Assembly (NCBI GenBank): GCA_003345555.1
Contig: PRDJ01000041.1
Coordinates: 1 to 32,000 of the forward strand
Length of the DNA: 32,000 nt
Direction: 5' to 3'
Source of the DNA: Candidatus Thorarchaeota archaeon
Lineage (GTDB): Archaea > Asgardarchaeota > Thorarchaeia > Thorarchaeales > Thorarchaeaceae
This document shows positions 18,013 to 25,863 of this stretch, one piece after another. Below the pieces are notes generated by a model that searched no databases, was not told the DNA's origin, and worked only from the letters and a program-made list of their open reading frames with translations. The position numbers and the translations under genes were made by a program. How positions within the stretch are numbered: position 1 is the stretch's first letter; every line of letters starts with the position of its first letter.

Positions 18013-18483
18013 CTATCGTACAATCATGACGGGACACGAGGCGCTCTTGGCCACCTTGTCACTTATCGTGCCCACAAACACACGCCTTATTCCACTAACA
18101 CCCCGCGATCCGACAAGAATCAGGTCCACTCTCCGTTCTTCAGCCACCTCTATAATCCTGTTTGCAGGATCTCCGTGAGAAAGCAAGTCAATCACCTCGC
18201 AGCCGTAAGAACGTGCCAGTTCCTTAGCTCTAGCCAGAATATCCTCTCCTACCTTCTGCAATGCAAGGAAGGGTTGGTCGGATACGGTGTCGTGGTATGG
18301 CGTTGCAGAAACGAGCATCGGTACGACATGCAGAAGGATTATCTCGGCGCCAATGGAGGATCCGAGAAGACATGCATAGCGTACGGCCTTGTAGGAATAC
18401 TCAGAGCCATCTACTGCCACTAGTATGTTCTTCAATTGGACGGGCTCAGTATCCATGCCTAGCTCATCATCGTTGCTCATCAT
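18013..18483 (-). CDS. Universal stress protein (UspA family)
   Basis: KNILVAVDGS, GDPANRI, DLILVGSRGVSG, GTISDKV, CPVMIVR. Confidence 0.93.
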   Translation of the reverse strand: MMSNDDELGMDTEPVQLKNILVAVDGSEYSYKAVRYACLLGSSIGAEIILLHVVPMLVSATPYHDTVSDQPFLALQKVGEDILARAKELARSYGCEVIDLLSHGDPANRIIEVAEERRVDLILVGSRGVSGIRRVFVGTISDKVAKSASCPVMIVR

Positions 18484-18605
18484 GGACCCGCGAGACTGAC
18501 TGGGACGAACAGCTTATCTCTCTTTCTGACTATTCTCAACAGACGCAATTCGGTTATATCGCTGTAGCACAGTGATAAGAATGATTGCCTATTCGGTGGT
18601 GCGCA

Positions 18606-18839
18606 ATGAGAATCACAGGTACTCAATACACAGTAGAGAAGAAAGAATCAGGCATTGAACTCAAGAACCAAGGTAGGGTGGTCGAGACCTTTCAGTTCCA
18701 GGGTAAGACTCTCTCTGAGGTAGCTGACGCGGTGTGGGATACACTGAAGCGCAAGGGTGTGGTAGTACAAAGGGCTGCCTTGAAGGAGGATCTTGCTGCA
18801 TTGTTCCCAGGTTCCCGTCCTTCAGGACCTCTGAAGTAG
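18606..18839 (+). CDS. Hypothetical 77-aa protein
   Basis: Fills the gap between divergent usp and convergent glyS; protein-like composition (beta-rich then amphipathic helices); TTATA at about 18560-18564 upstream. No family recognised. Confidence 0.65.
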   Translation: MRITGTQYTVEKKESGIELKNQGRVVETFQFQGKTLSEVADAVWDTLKRKGVVVQRAALKEDLAALFPGSRPSGPLK

Positions 18840-18885
18840 ATTCCCGTAGACGACTGTGTGTTTTGTGCGAGGGGAGCCCCAATAT

Positions 18886-20409
18886 CTAGGTGCGTTGGCC
18901 TGTTGGCGGCGCACCGAGGACTTGGTTTCCCCGCACCAGGTCTTGAAGTGTCTTGAGCAGGTCAGTTCGTGAGACTCGGACTTGCTCCATAGAATCCCTG
19001 TCTCTAATCGTGACAGTATTGTCCTTGAGTGACTGATAGTCCACCGTCACACAGAACGGAGTACCTACTTCGTCTTGGCGCCTGTATCTTCGGCCTATGG
19101 AACCGGAGGAATCAAGGTAAGCCACTAGTCCGCTGTCGAGAAGCTCCTTGTGAATCTCAGCAGCTGGTCCTTCAAGTTCAGGCTTTCCCATTAGTGGGAA
19201 GACACCGACCTGAATCGGTGCTATGTGAGGCGGGAACTTCAACCAGACCCTTTCACTATCCTCGGCATAGGCGCGGTCTATGTGACAGAAAAGGGGTCTC
19301 TCAACGCCGAATGCAATCTCGAGTACATTGGGCACAACCGTTTCAGTGCCCGACTTCACGCTCAAACTTTCTTTCGAGAATTCTTGGTGTCGGCCCAGAT
19401 CATAACTGCCTCTGTCATGTATGCCGCAGCACTCAACCCAACCAAAGCTATTCGTATACACTTCTATGTCCCAAGCATCAGCTGCATAGTGTGCACGCTC
19501 TGCAGGCAGATGCTGACGCAGTCTCATTGATTCGAGCGAGAATCCCATGGTCCTGAAAATCCTGAACGCCAAATCAACGCACCATGCGTAGGCCTTCGTC
19601 TTGAAGTGCCCTTGCTCCAAGGCATCAGATATACTGAAGAGCTGGACCTGATTCGGCCCATCAATCTGAGCTTGGTAGGGCAATAGCGGCAGCTCATCAC
19701 CCTTGATGCTATCAAACTGGGACCAAGACTGTTCGTCTTCGGTAAGTATGAAGAGCTGGCCCTCGACTTGAGTGAACTCTCGAAGCCTGAGCATTCCTTG
19801 CCTGGGAGAAATCTCATTACGGTATGCCTTGCCAATCTGAAACACGCCTGCTGGCAGCTTGTCACGGAAGAATGTGAGAAGCCGCTTGAAGATCAGATAC
19901 GTGGTTGTGGCAGTTTCTGGACGCATGTACGCATCTTGATCGAGGCCAAGCCGGGTTTTCAGCATGAGATTGAATCGTTCGACAGGACCCAGCTCGCCCT
20001 TGCACGCCGGACATCGAACACCCAATTCCTTGATTTTCTTTGTAAGCTGGTCCAGAGAGAGTCCCCTGATCTTGGCATCCGGTGCCTGCTCTTCGATGAG
20101 ATTGTCCGCGCGGTATGCTTGGCCACATTTGGTACAACGAGTCACCGGGTCTACAAAGCCTTCGAGGTGACCTGATGCCTTCCAGACGATTTCGGGAGCT
20201 ACAGTGGGGCACTCAACTTCCCAATAGTTGACACGCACGAATGAATCACGGATGGCTGCCTCCAAGCGGTTCTTCATCAGCTTGCCCAAAGGACCAAGAT
20301 CGTAGAGACCGGAGCTGCCGCCGTATATCTCAGGCGACGGCCCCCAGAAAAAGCCTCTCTTCTTACAGAGCCCTACGACAATGTCACTGATGTCTCTCTT
20401 TGAAGTCAT
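18886..20409 (-). CDS. glyS: Glycyl-tRNA synthetase, archaeal/eukaryotic alpha2 type
   Basis: KKRGFFW, IYGGSSGLYDLGPLG, SGHLEGF.DP, RPETA, QIGKAYRNEISPRQG..RLREFTQ.E, RAHYA, EIAFGVER, SIGRRYRRQDEVGTPFCVTVD. ATG 20409 preferred over the ORF-track 20541. Confidence 0.97.
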   Translation of the reverse strand: MTSKRDISDIVVGLCKKRGFFWGPSPEIYGGSSGLYDLGPLGKLMKNRLEAAIRDSFVRVNYWEVECPTVAPEIVWKASGHLEGFVDPVTRCTKCGQAYRADNLIEEQAPDAKIRGLSLDQLTKKIKELGVRCPACKGELGPVERFNLMLKTRLGLDQDAYMRPETATTTYLIFKRLLTFFRDKLPAGVFQIGKAYRNEISPRQGMLRLREFTQVEGQLFILTEDEQSWSQFDSIKGDELPLLPYQAQIDGPNQVQLFSISDALEQGHFKTKAYAWCVDLAFRIFRTMGFSLESMRLRQHLPAERAHYAADAWDIEVYTNSFGWVECCGIHDRGSYDLGRHQEFSKESLSVKSGTETVVPNVLEIAFGVERPLFCHIDRAYAEDSERVWLKFPPHIAPIQVGVFPLMGKPELEGPAAEIHKELLDSGLVAYLDSSGSIGRRYRRQDEVGTPFCVTVDYQSLKDNTVTIRDRDSMEQVRVSRTDLLKTLQDLVRGNQVLGAPPTGQRT

Positions 20410-20522
20410 ACTGAGTCCGAAGCGAAGGCAAAGATGCACTGTCTTAAACCTATTCTCAAAGGCCCTTGGCATCACATGGGCTCCAGCATTCTTATTAGGG
20501 CTCCAAGGAGACCGGGTGAAAG

Positions 20523-21836
20523 GTGTCGTTCTTGGATTCAAGAATCTCTGGCTTCTACAAGCTCACAAGAGAAGAACGGGTCAAGAGACTATCAGAGATA
20601 GTGGGGATAAGCGATAGTGATTTTGCGGCTCTCGTAGATCCCGGGAAGGTCGAAATGGAGACGCTCGACCACATGATTGAGAATGTGGTCGGTGCAATGA
20701 CTCTGCCCGTTGGAATAGCGACAAACTTCTTGATAGATGGAAAAGACTACTTGATTCCGATGGCAATTGAAGAGCCATCCGTGGTCGCCGCGGCCAGCAA
20801 TGCCGCGCGCTTTGCTAGAGACCATGGCGGATTCACAGCGACAGATACTGGTCCCCTCATGATAGGACAGATCCAGGCGGTTGACATTGCCAAGCCGAAT
20901 GAAGCGAAGCGAGAGATACTGAAGGCTAAGGACAAGATCATAGAATTAGCCAATGCTCAAGATCCTGTCTTGGTGCGTTTTGGAGGCGGAGCCAAGGACC
21001 TTCGTGCGAGAGTCATAGAAACAAAGGTTGGGCCGATGGTCATCACAGAACTGATCGTTGACACTCGAGACGCCATGGGCGCAAATGCTGTCAATACGAT
21101 GGCAGAAGCTGTCGCCACCATGATAGAGAAACTGTCGGGCGGCAGGGTCTTATTGAGAATTCTGTCAAACCTAGCAGACCAGAGGCTTGTGCGGGCAAAG
21201 GCAACATTCGACAAGGTACTCCTCGGTGGCGACGAAGTGGTTGATGGCATAGTAGCTGCATGGGCATTTGCTGAGGCAGACCCGTACAGATGTGCGACCC
21301 ACAACAAAGGGATAATGAATGGGATTGACGCAGTCGTGATAGCAACTGGAAACGACTTTCGTGCAATCGAGGCGGGAGCACATAGCTATGCTGCCACGCA
21401 TGGATACACGTCCTTGACGAAGTACGAAAAGGACGCTGATGGCAACCTGGTTGGTTCGATAGAAATCCCGATGGCAGTAGGGCTTATTGGGGGCGCGACA
21501 AAGATTCACCCTGCAGCAAGAGCATGCGTGAAGATACTCGGAGTGAAGACCGCACAGGAACTAGGTCATGTTGTCGCAAGTGTTGGTCTCGCCCAGAACC
21601 TAGCAGCACTTCGAGCGTTGGTATCGGAAGGTATTCAGAAAGGGCACATGGCACTCCACGCCCGGAACATCGCAGCTACAGCTGGCGCAAAGGGAGACAT
21701 GATTGAAGTAATCGCGGACCAGCTCGTGAAAGAGAAAAACGTCAGAGCAGAGAGAGCAAAGGAGATCCTTGATGGGATGGTGGCAAGCGAAACCAAATCG
21801 CGTGCCGCCGGGGCAGGCAAGAAACCAACGAGATAA
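20523..21836 (+). CDS. hmgA: HMG-CoA reductase, class II (bacterial MvaA type)
   Basis: SRISGFYKL, MIENVVG, EEPSVVAAAS, DAMGAN, THNKGIMNGIDAV, GNDFRAIEAGAH, GIQKGHMALHA. GTG start with GGTGA SD. Confidence 0.96.
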   Translation: MSFLDSRISGFYKLTREERVKRLSEIVGISDSDFAALVDPGKVEMETLDHMIENVVGAMTLPVGIATNFLIDGKDYLIPMAIEEPSVVAAASNAARFARDHGGFTATDTGPLMIGQIQAVDIAKPNEAKREILKAKDKIIELANAQDPVLVRFGGGAKDLRARVIETKVGPMVITELIVDTRDAMGANAVNTMAEAVATMIEKLSGGRVLLRILSNLADQRLVRAKATFDKVLLGGDEVVDGIVAAWAFAEADPYRCATHNKGIMNGIDAVVIATGNDFRAIEAGAHSYAATHGYTSLTKYEKDADGNLVGSIEIPMAVGLIGGATKIHPAARACVKILGVKTAQELGHVVASVGLAQNLAALRALVSEGIQKGHMALHARNIAATAGAKGDMIEVIADQLVKEKNVRAERAKEILDGMVASETKSRAAGAGKKPTR

Positions 21837-21846
21837 TGCTAGGATA

Positions 21847-21880
21847 ACATCTAGGCTGTCAGTGTGCTGACCCTAGATGT
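21847..21880. other. Strong stem-loop just after the hmgA stop (terminator, stabiliser or regulatory RNA)
   Basis: ACATCTAGG(21847-55) pairs with CCTAGATGT(21872-80); GTCAG(21858-62) pairs with CTGAC(21867-71); 2-nt bulge and TGTG loop; 14 Watson-Crick pairs; T-run at 21898-21902. Confidence 0.6.
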
Positions 21881-22011
21881 CGAATACACTAAAGCGGTTT
21901 TTCGACAGCCAATACGTCAGAGTAACATATTTGTGCTTCACGCGCCCTAATTGTTCTCTAGTTCAGCGTTTGAGTGCAGTCCATAGACGCGCCGTCCGGA
22001 GCTTGAAGAAT

Positions 22012-22761
22012 ATGGAAGACGAATGTGGCCAGTGGGAAAGGCTTGCAGGTGAGTTCGCTGAAGCCGAGAAGTACTTTCAGGCTGCGAACCAGTACAAGCA
22101 GGCTGCAAGCTGCTATCTCGACCATGTTGTGGAGATGACCCGGAAAGCAGCCGAGTACTTTCATCGGTATGCAGAAATGAGCTATGAGAAAGGCGACCAC
22201 AAGGCTGCTGCTATGGCCTACTTCGAGGCGGCCAGTCAGTATCGGCAGGTGGATGAGCAGGCCACTGCACTCACTCTCTTCGAGAACGCAGCAAGAGAAG
22301 CCCTCGAGGGAGGGCTGACCGAAATCGCAGCGCAGTCGTACCTTTGGGCTGCCCATGCATGTCACAAGCTAGGCAATGCGGACTACTTTCTTACTTGCGC
22401 CGAAGAGATGGCAAAGCTCTATGACAAGGCTGCGGAAGAAGCTCTCCAAGATGGAAAAGCAGAGAGAGCTCTCATAGATCTGTCTCTCGCGGCCATGGGG
22501 TTCGCAACGATTGAAAAGGCACCCGAGGCAAAAAAGAGGATAGACAGGGCAAAACGCATAGTGGACAAGACCGCTTGGGATTGGCTCAAGACGCTCCTGT
22601 CATTCAGCCAAGCTCTGACCGAGAACCGGTTTGATGACGCCCGCGACCTTCTGAAGATGTTTAAACAGGAGGAGACAATCATGGGAGTGATGGATGCCTG
22701 TCTAAGCATCCTTGAAGAAAGAGAGAAGAAGCGAAAGAAGGTTGGGTCAAAGAAACCCTAA
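22012..22761 (+). CDS. All-helical TPR-like protein resembling soluble NSF attachment protein (SNAP)
   Basis: Repeated AA..Y..AA..Y helices (AANQYKQAASCY; AAAMAYFEAASQY; IAAQSYLWAA). ATG 22012 preferred; the upstream 45 codons are not protein-like. Confidence 0.7.
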   Translation: MEDECGQWERLAGEFAEAEKYFQAANQYKQAASCYLDHVVEMTRKAAEYFHRYAEMSYEKGDHKAAAMAYFEAASQYRQVDEQATALTLFENAAREALEGGLTEIAAQSYLWAAHACHKLGNADYFLTCAEEMAKLYDKAAEEALQDGKAERALIDLSLAAMGFATIEKAPEAKKRIDRAKRIVDKTAWDWLKTLLSFSQALTENRFDDARDLLKMFKQEETIMGVMDACLSILEEREKKRKKVGSKKP

Positions 22762-24008
22762 GCTACTCTGACAAGAGCTGTCTTGGCCGTCTCCTTTTCT
22801 TGAGTAGGTTCCTTTGTCTTGATTGTGACAAGACCATCCCCACGACCCACTGCTTTCACATAGAGCAGGAATCTCATCTCCTCGCCCGTAGCAAGGAACT
22901 GGATTGACTTCTGGTCATTCCCCAGTGAGAGCTGAAGTCCAGCTGATAGCTCAGTGGTGACTGTGATATTGCTTGCCGCACCATGTCCGCTGTTCTTCAA
23001 CACAACGTCGATCACAACTTCATCACCGACTGAACAAGACAGCTGCTGCGGGTTCAGAGACAATTCGAGCAGAGGCGGTGCAGGAGAAACCCCGAATCTT
23101 ATTGTATTGCTCTGCCTGTTCACGAGGACTTTATCGCCTTCCAGTCTCATCTTGATTGGCCCTACTACTCCACCGCCATCCAGAATCGGGGTCACTTCCA
23201 TGAGCCACGAATCTTCCGTAGCGACGTTGCCAGCGATTTTCGGCATTTTCGACATGACAAGGTTCGACGATAAGGAAACACGGTAGTCAACGACGCGGAC
23301 TGAAGCAGGACATCTGTACTTGACTTCAAACTCGATTGGCGTCTTCACAAGAACAGTATCTTCCTTTCGGCCGGCCCATTCTACGACGACGTTTGTATCA
23401 AGCGCCAATTTCAATGATGAAACTATGAAATCGAGTAAGGTCGACTCTGAAGGCTTACCCTTGAATTGATCAACAGCCTTCTGAAGCTCCTTCCGCGTTA
23501 CGCCCTCGCCCTCGCAGAGTATTGCTACAGCAATGGCGGCCAGATTGAGAGCAGGGTTTCTTTCCTCTGAAGACCCCGTTAATCGCCCCTCTGCTTTTCG
23601 GAGGAGATTCACGGCAGTCTCGAAGCTTCGGGCGGCAAGGTAGCAGAGGACGGCCGTCGATAGGGCTCGAGCAGACTCACCACCCTTTCTGTCGTGATGG
23701 TAATGGTCAGATGCTTCAGAGTACATACTGCCGGCTTCTTGGAATCGACCGTCGGCCACCAAAGCTTCGGCTGCAGTGGTCTTGATGTCACCTGCACGGA
23801 CATGGTCCTCCGATTGCAGGGCACAGTTTGCCGACTCTCGGAAGTATTTCACAGCAAAGTCGATTTCCTCTGCTTCCAGAAACAGTCTTGCAGCATGCTC
23901 GTATTCCTGACTCGCATAGTCAGGATAGTTGCTCTGAAGCTCATTCAACGCCTTCTCAATATACTTCTTCGCTTTGGAAACGGGATCTCGCTTAAGGAAT
24001 CCAACCAT
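22758..24008 (-). CDS. SNAP/TPR-like N-terminal solenoid fused to two Ig-like (CARDB/DUF11-like) domains
   Basis: About 200 aa helical repeats (YEHAARLF, YFRESAN, GRFQEAGSMYSEASDHY, AVLCYL), then beta-rich domains (VGDEVVIDVVLKNSGHGAASNITVTTEL). No signal peptide or TM segment seen. ATG 24008 or GTG 24020. Confidence 0.7.
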   Translation of the reverse strand: MVGFLKRDPVSKAKKYIEKALNELQSNYPDYASQEYEHAARLFLEAEEIDFAVKYFRESANCALQSEDHVRAGDIKTTAAEALVADGRFQEAGSMYSEASDHYHHDRKGGESARALSTAVLCYLAARSFETAVNLLRKAEGRLTGSSEERNPALNLAAIAVAILCEGEGVTRKELQKAVDQFKGKPSESTLLDFIVSSLKLALDTNVVVEWAGRKEDTVLVKTPIEFEVKYRCPASVRVVDYRVSLSSNLVMSKMPKIAGNVATEDSWLMEVTPILDGGGVVGPIKMRLEGDKVLVNRQSNTIRFGVSPAPPLLELSLNPQQLSCSVGDEVVIDVVLKNSGHGAASNITVTTELSAGLQLSLGNDQKSIQFLATGEEMRFLLYVKAVGRGDGLVTIKTKEPTQEKETAKTALVRVA

Positions 24009-24078
24009 CTGCGGTGTCACCAGTCAATGAGGGTCGAGTTTAAGGTGGGTTTTGTGTGTTTCGGCTGATGATGATAGC

Positions 24079-25290
24079 ATGGAAAGTGATATCCTCCCGT
24101 ATTGGACTGACCCGTTGATTCCGGAATTCAGGGTCACTGTATTGGATTGTCAGCCTGTGGGCAAGGCTTTCGAAGTCAGAATCCGAGAGAACGTCATTAG
24201 GCCCGAAGGCGGCGGCCAAGCAGGAGACAGAGGCGAACTGAGAATCGGAAAGAAGAGTGTTCCGTTCACTGACACCGTTATGAGGGAACAAGGTATCGCT
24301 GTCGTCACCCAAGAACCTGTCTCGGGGCGGACAGAAGCTGCACTAGTAGTGAACATGGATTGGAGAAGGGCAATGATGCGGAACCACAGTGCCGAACACT
24401 TGTTTGTCGGCACCCTCAGGAAGCACAAGCCCCAATTGCAGCCGGGATATATCTGGATTGATGGCAAACATGGAATCGTCGAGTTGACGGGAGCCTCCGT
24501 AGCAGTAGAGGATATTCTGAGAGCCGAATCTGAGGTTCAACACCTAGTGGCGCTCGATATCCCTGTTACTACCGAGATTGTCGATTCTTCACGACTTGAT
24601 GCAAGCGTGAGAGTCCGCGAAGGAGTGACCTCCAAGCACGACAGATTGCGGATAGTGAAAATAGGGGAGTCTGACAGTTCGGCCTGTTCAGGTACTCATG
24701 TGCTGAAATCCGGAGACATAGGGCTGTTCAAAGTGGTCGACTACAAGCTTACGGATTCCAGCGTCCGGCTTGAGTTCGTGGCCGGTGAACCGGCATCGGA
24801 GCTTGTCTCCAGTGTGTTTAATGCTGCGCTTACAAGGAAGTACGAATATCCTTACGAATTCGACCAGCTCGGGGCAGTACTAGACAAGAGCAAGACTGCA
24901 TGGAATGAGCGGAATGAGCTCCTTGATACTGTCGAGCGTTTAGTTGTCGAGCGGCCTGTCGTAGAGGTGGCAGGTAAGATTGCATTTGTTCACGAGTATC
25001 TGCCCGCTTTTGACACGAACAGAATGAAACGACTTGTCAAGAAGATGCACATGACGGGTGCTTCAATAGTCCTCTTGATGTCCCCCGGAGAGAAGTCTAA
25101 CTTCATAGTTGTGACTAACGACATCAATGATTCAGCGGAGAGCATCGTGGGCGATTTGATAAGACAGATGGGAGGAAAGGGAGGAGGGAGCAACGACGTG
25201 TACACGGGAGGGTTCCTGGGTGTACGCAACCCCTTGGAGTTGTATGATCGTCTCGTCATCGGACTGAAGCAGCGTCTGGGGACACTCTGA
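24079..25290 (+). CDS. alaX: Free-standing alanyl-tRNA editing protein (AlaX, long form with C-Ala/DHHA1 domain)
   Basis: PEGGGQAGDRG, RNHSAEH (HxxxH), ACSGTH (CxxxH), C-terminal GGKGGG. Confidence 0.88.
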   Translation: MESDILPYWTDPLIPEFRVTVLDCQPVGKAFEVRIRENVIRPEGGGQAGDRGELRIGKKSVPFTDTVMREQGIAVVTQEPVSGRTEAALVVNMDWRRAMMRNHSAEHLFVGTLRKHKPQLQPGYIWIDGKHGIVELTGASVAVEDILRAESEVQHLVALDIPVTTEIVDSSRLDASVRVREGVTSKHDRLRIVKIGESDSSACSGTHVLKSGDIGLFKVVDYKLTDSSVRLEFVAGEPASELVSSVFNAALTRKYEYPYEFDQLGAVLDKSKTAWNERNELLDTVERLVVERPVVEVAGKIAFVHEYLPAFDTNRMKRLVKKMHMTGASIVLLMSPGEKSNFIVVTNDINDSAESIVGDLIRQMGGKGGGSNDVYTGGFLGVRNPLELYDRLVIGLKQRLGTL

Positions 25291-25292
25291 GT

Positions 25293-25742
25293 CTATTTCA
25301 GTCCATGCTTCCTTGCTACCTCACTCCAGAACTTCTTGACCGCCCATGGCACTGCCAAGAACTCTTCGCGGAACTCATCGAAATTGAGTCCCTGAGCCAT
25401 CATCTCTTGCGAGGTGCCTATCATGCCCCGGGACTCATCAAAATCAAAACAGACCTCAGCATATTTCCTGTTGCATCCTAGCAGGTCAAGGAGGACGTCG
25501 GCTTTCTTGTCCGGAGGTATGTTAGCCAAGGGATAGACATCACAATACACTTCGACCCATTTCTCTCTTGGGCGAATCCATATGGTATATCGGAAATAGC
25601 CTTCTTCAGCTGTTCGTCCGGGAGCAGCAGGCCTGTCATCCTTTCTTTCACTGAATAGAAGCTCAAAGATGCCGTCCTTGTATGTATACTTCATTTTCAA
25701 GAAATCTAGATACTCCGATATCTGAGCCTTCAGGTCTGTCAA
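25293..25742 (-). CDS. YbjN / type III chaperone-like fold protein (second copy)
   Basis: IPPDKKADVLLDLLGCNRKYAEVCFDFD...GLNFDEF parallels IPDGKRKGAYEKLLKSNAKLAEVSFGID...GISYDAF of the 10871 gene. Start uncertain (TTG 25742, GTG 25778 or ATG 25694). Confidence 0.65.
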   Translation of the reverse strand: MTDLKAQISEYLDFLKMKYTYKDGIFELLFSERKDDRPAAPGRTAEEGYFRYTIWIRPREKWVEVYCDVYPLANIPPDKKADVLLDLLGCNRKYAEVCFDFDESRGMIGTSQEMMAQGLNFDEFREEFLAVPWAVKKFWSEVARKHGLK

Positions 25743-25863
25743 GTGTCTCTCCCTACGCCGCAAAGAGACGTGACCCACATAAGCTTATTCTTTAATCGAC
25801 GGCCTCAGAACGTCAGTGACTTATTCACTATCCGAATCACCTCAGCTTAAATCTGAGAAGTTC

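Noticed and set aside
21839-21848. CTAGGATAAC present here and at 30944-30953 (CTAGGAT also at 10790)
   Set aside because: A few shared 10-mers are expected by chance among about 2.5 kb of intergenic DNA, and position and orientation relative to starts are inconsistent.
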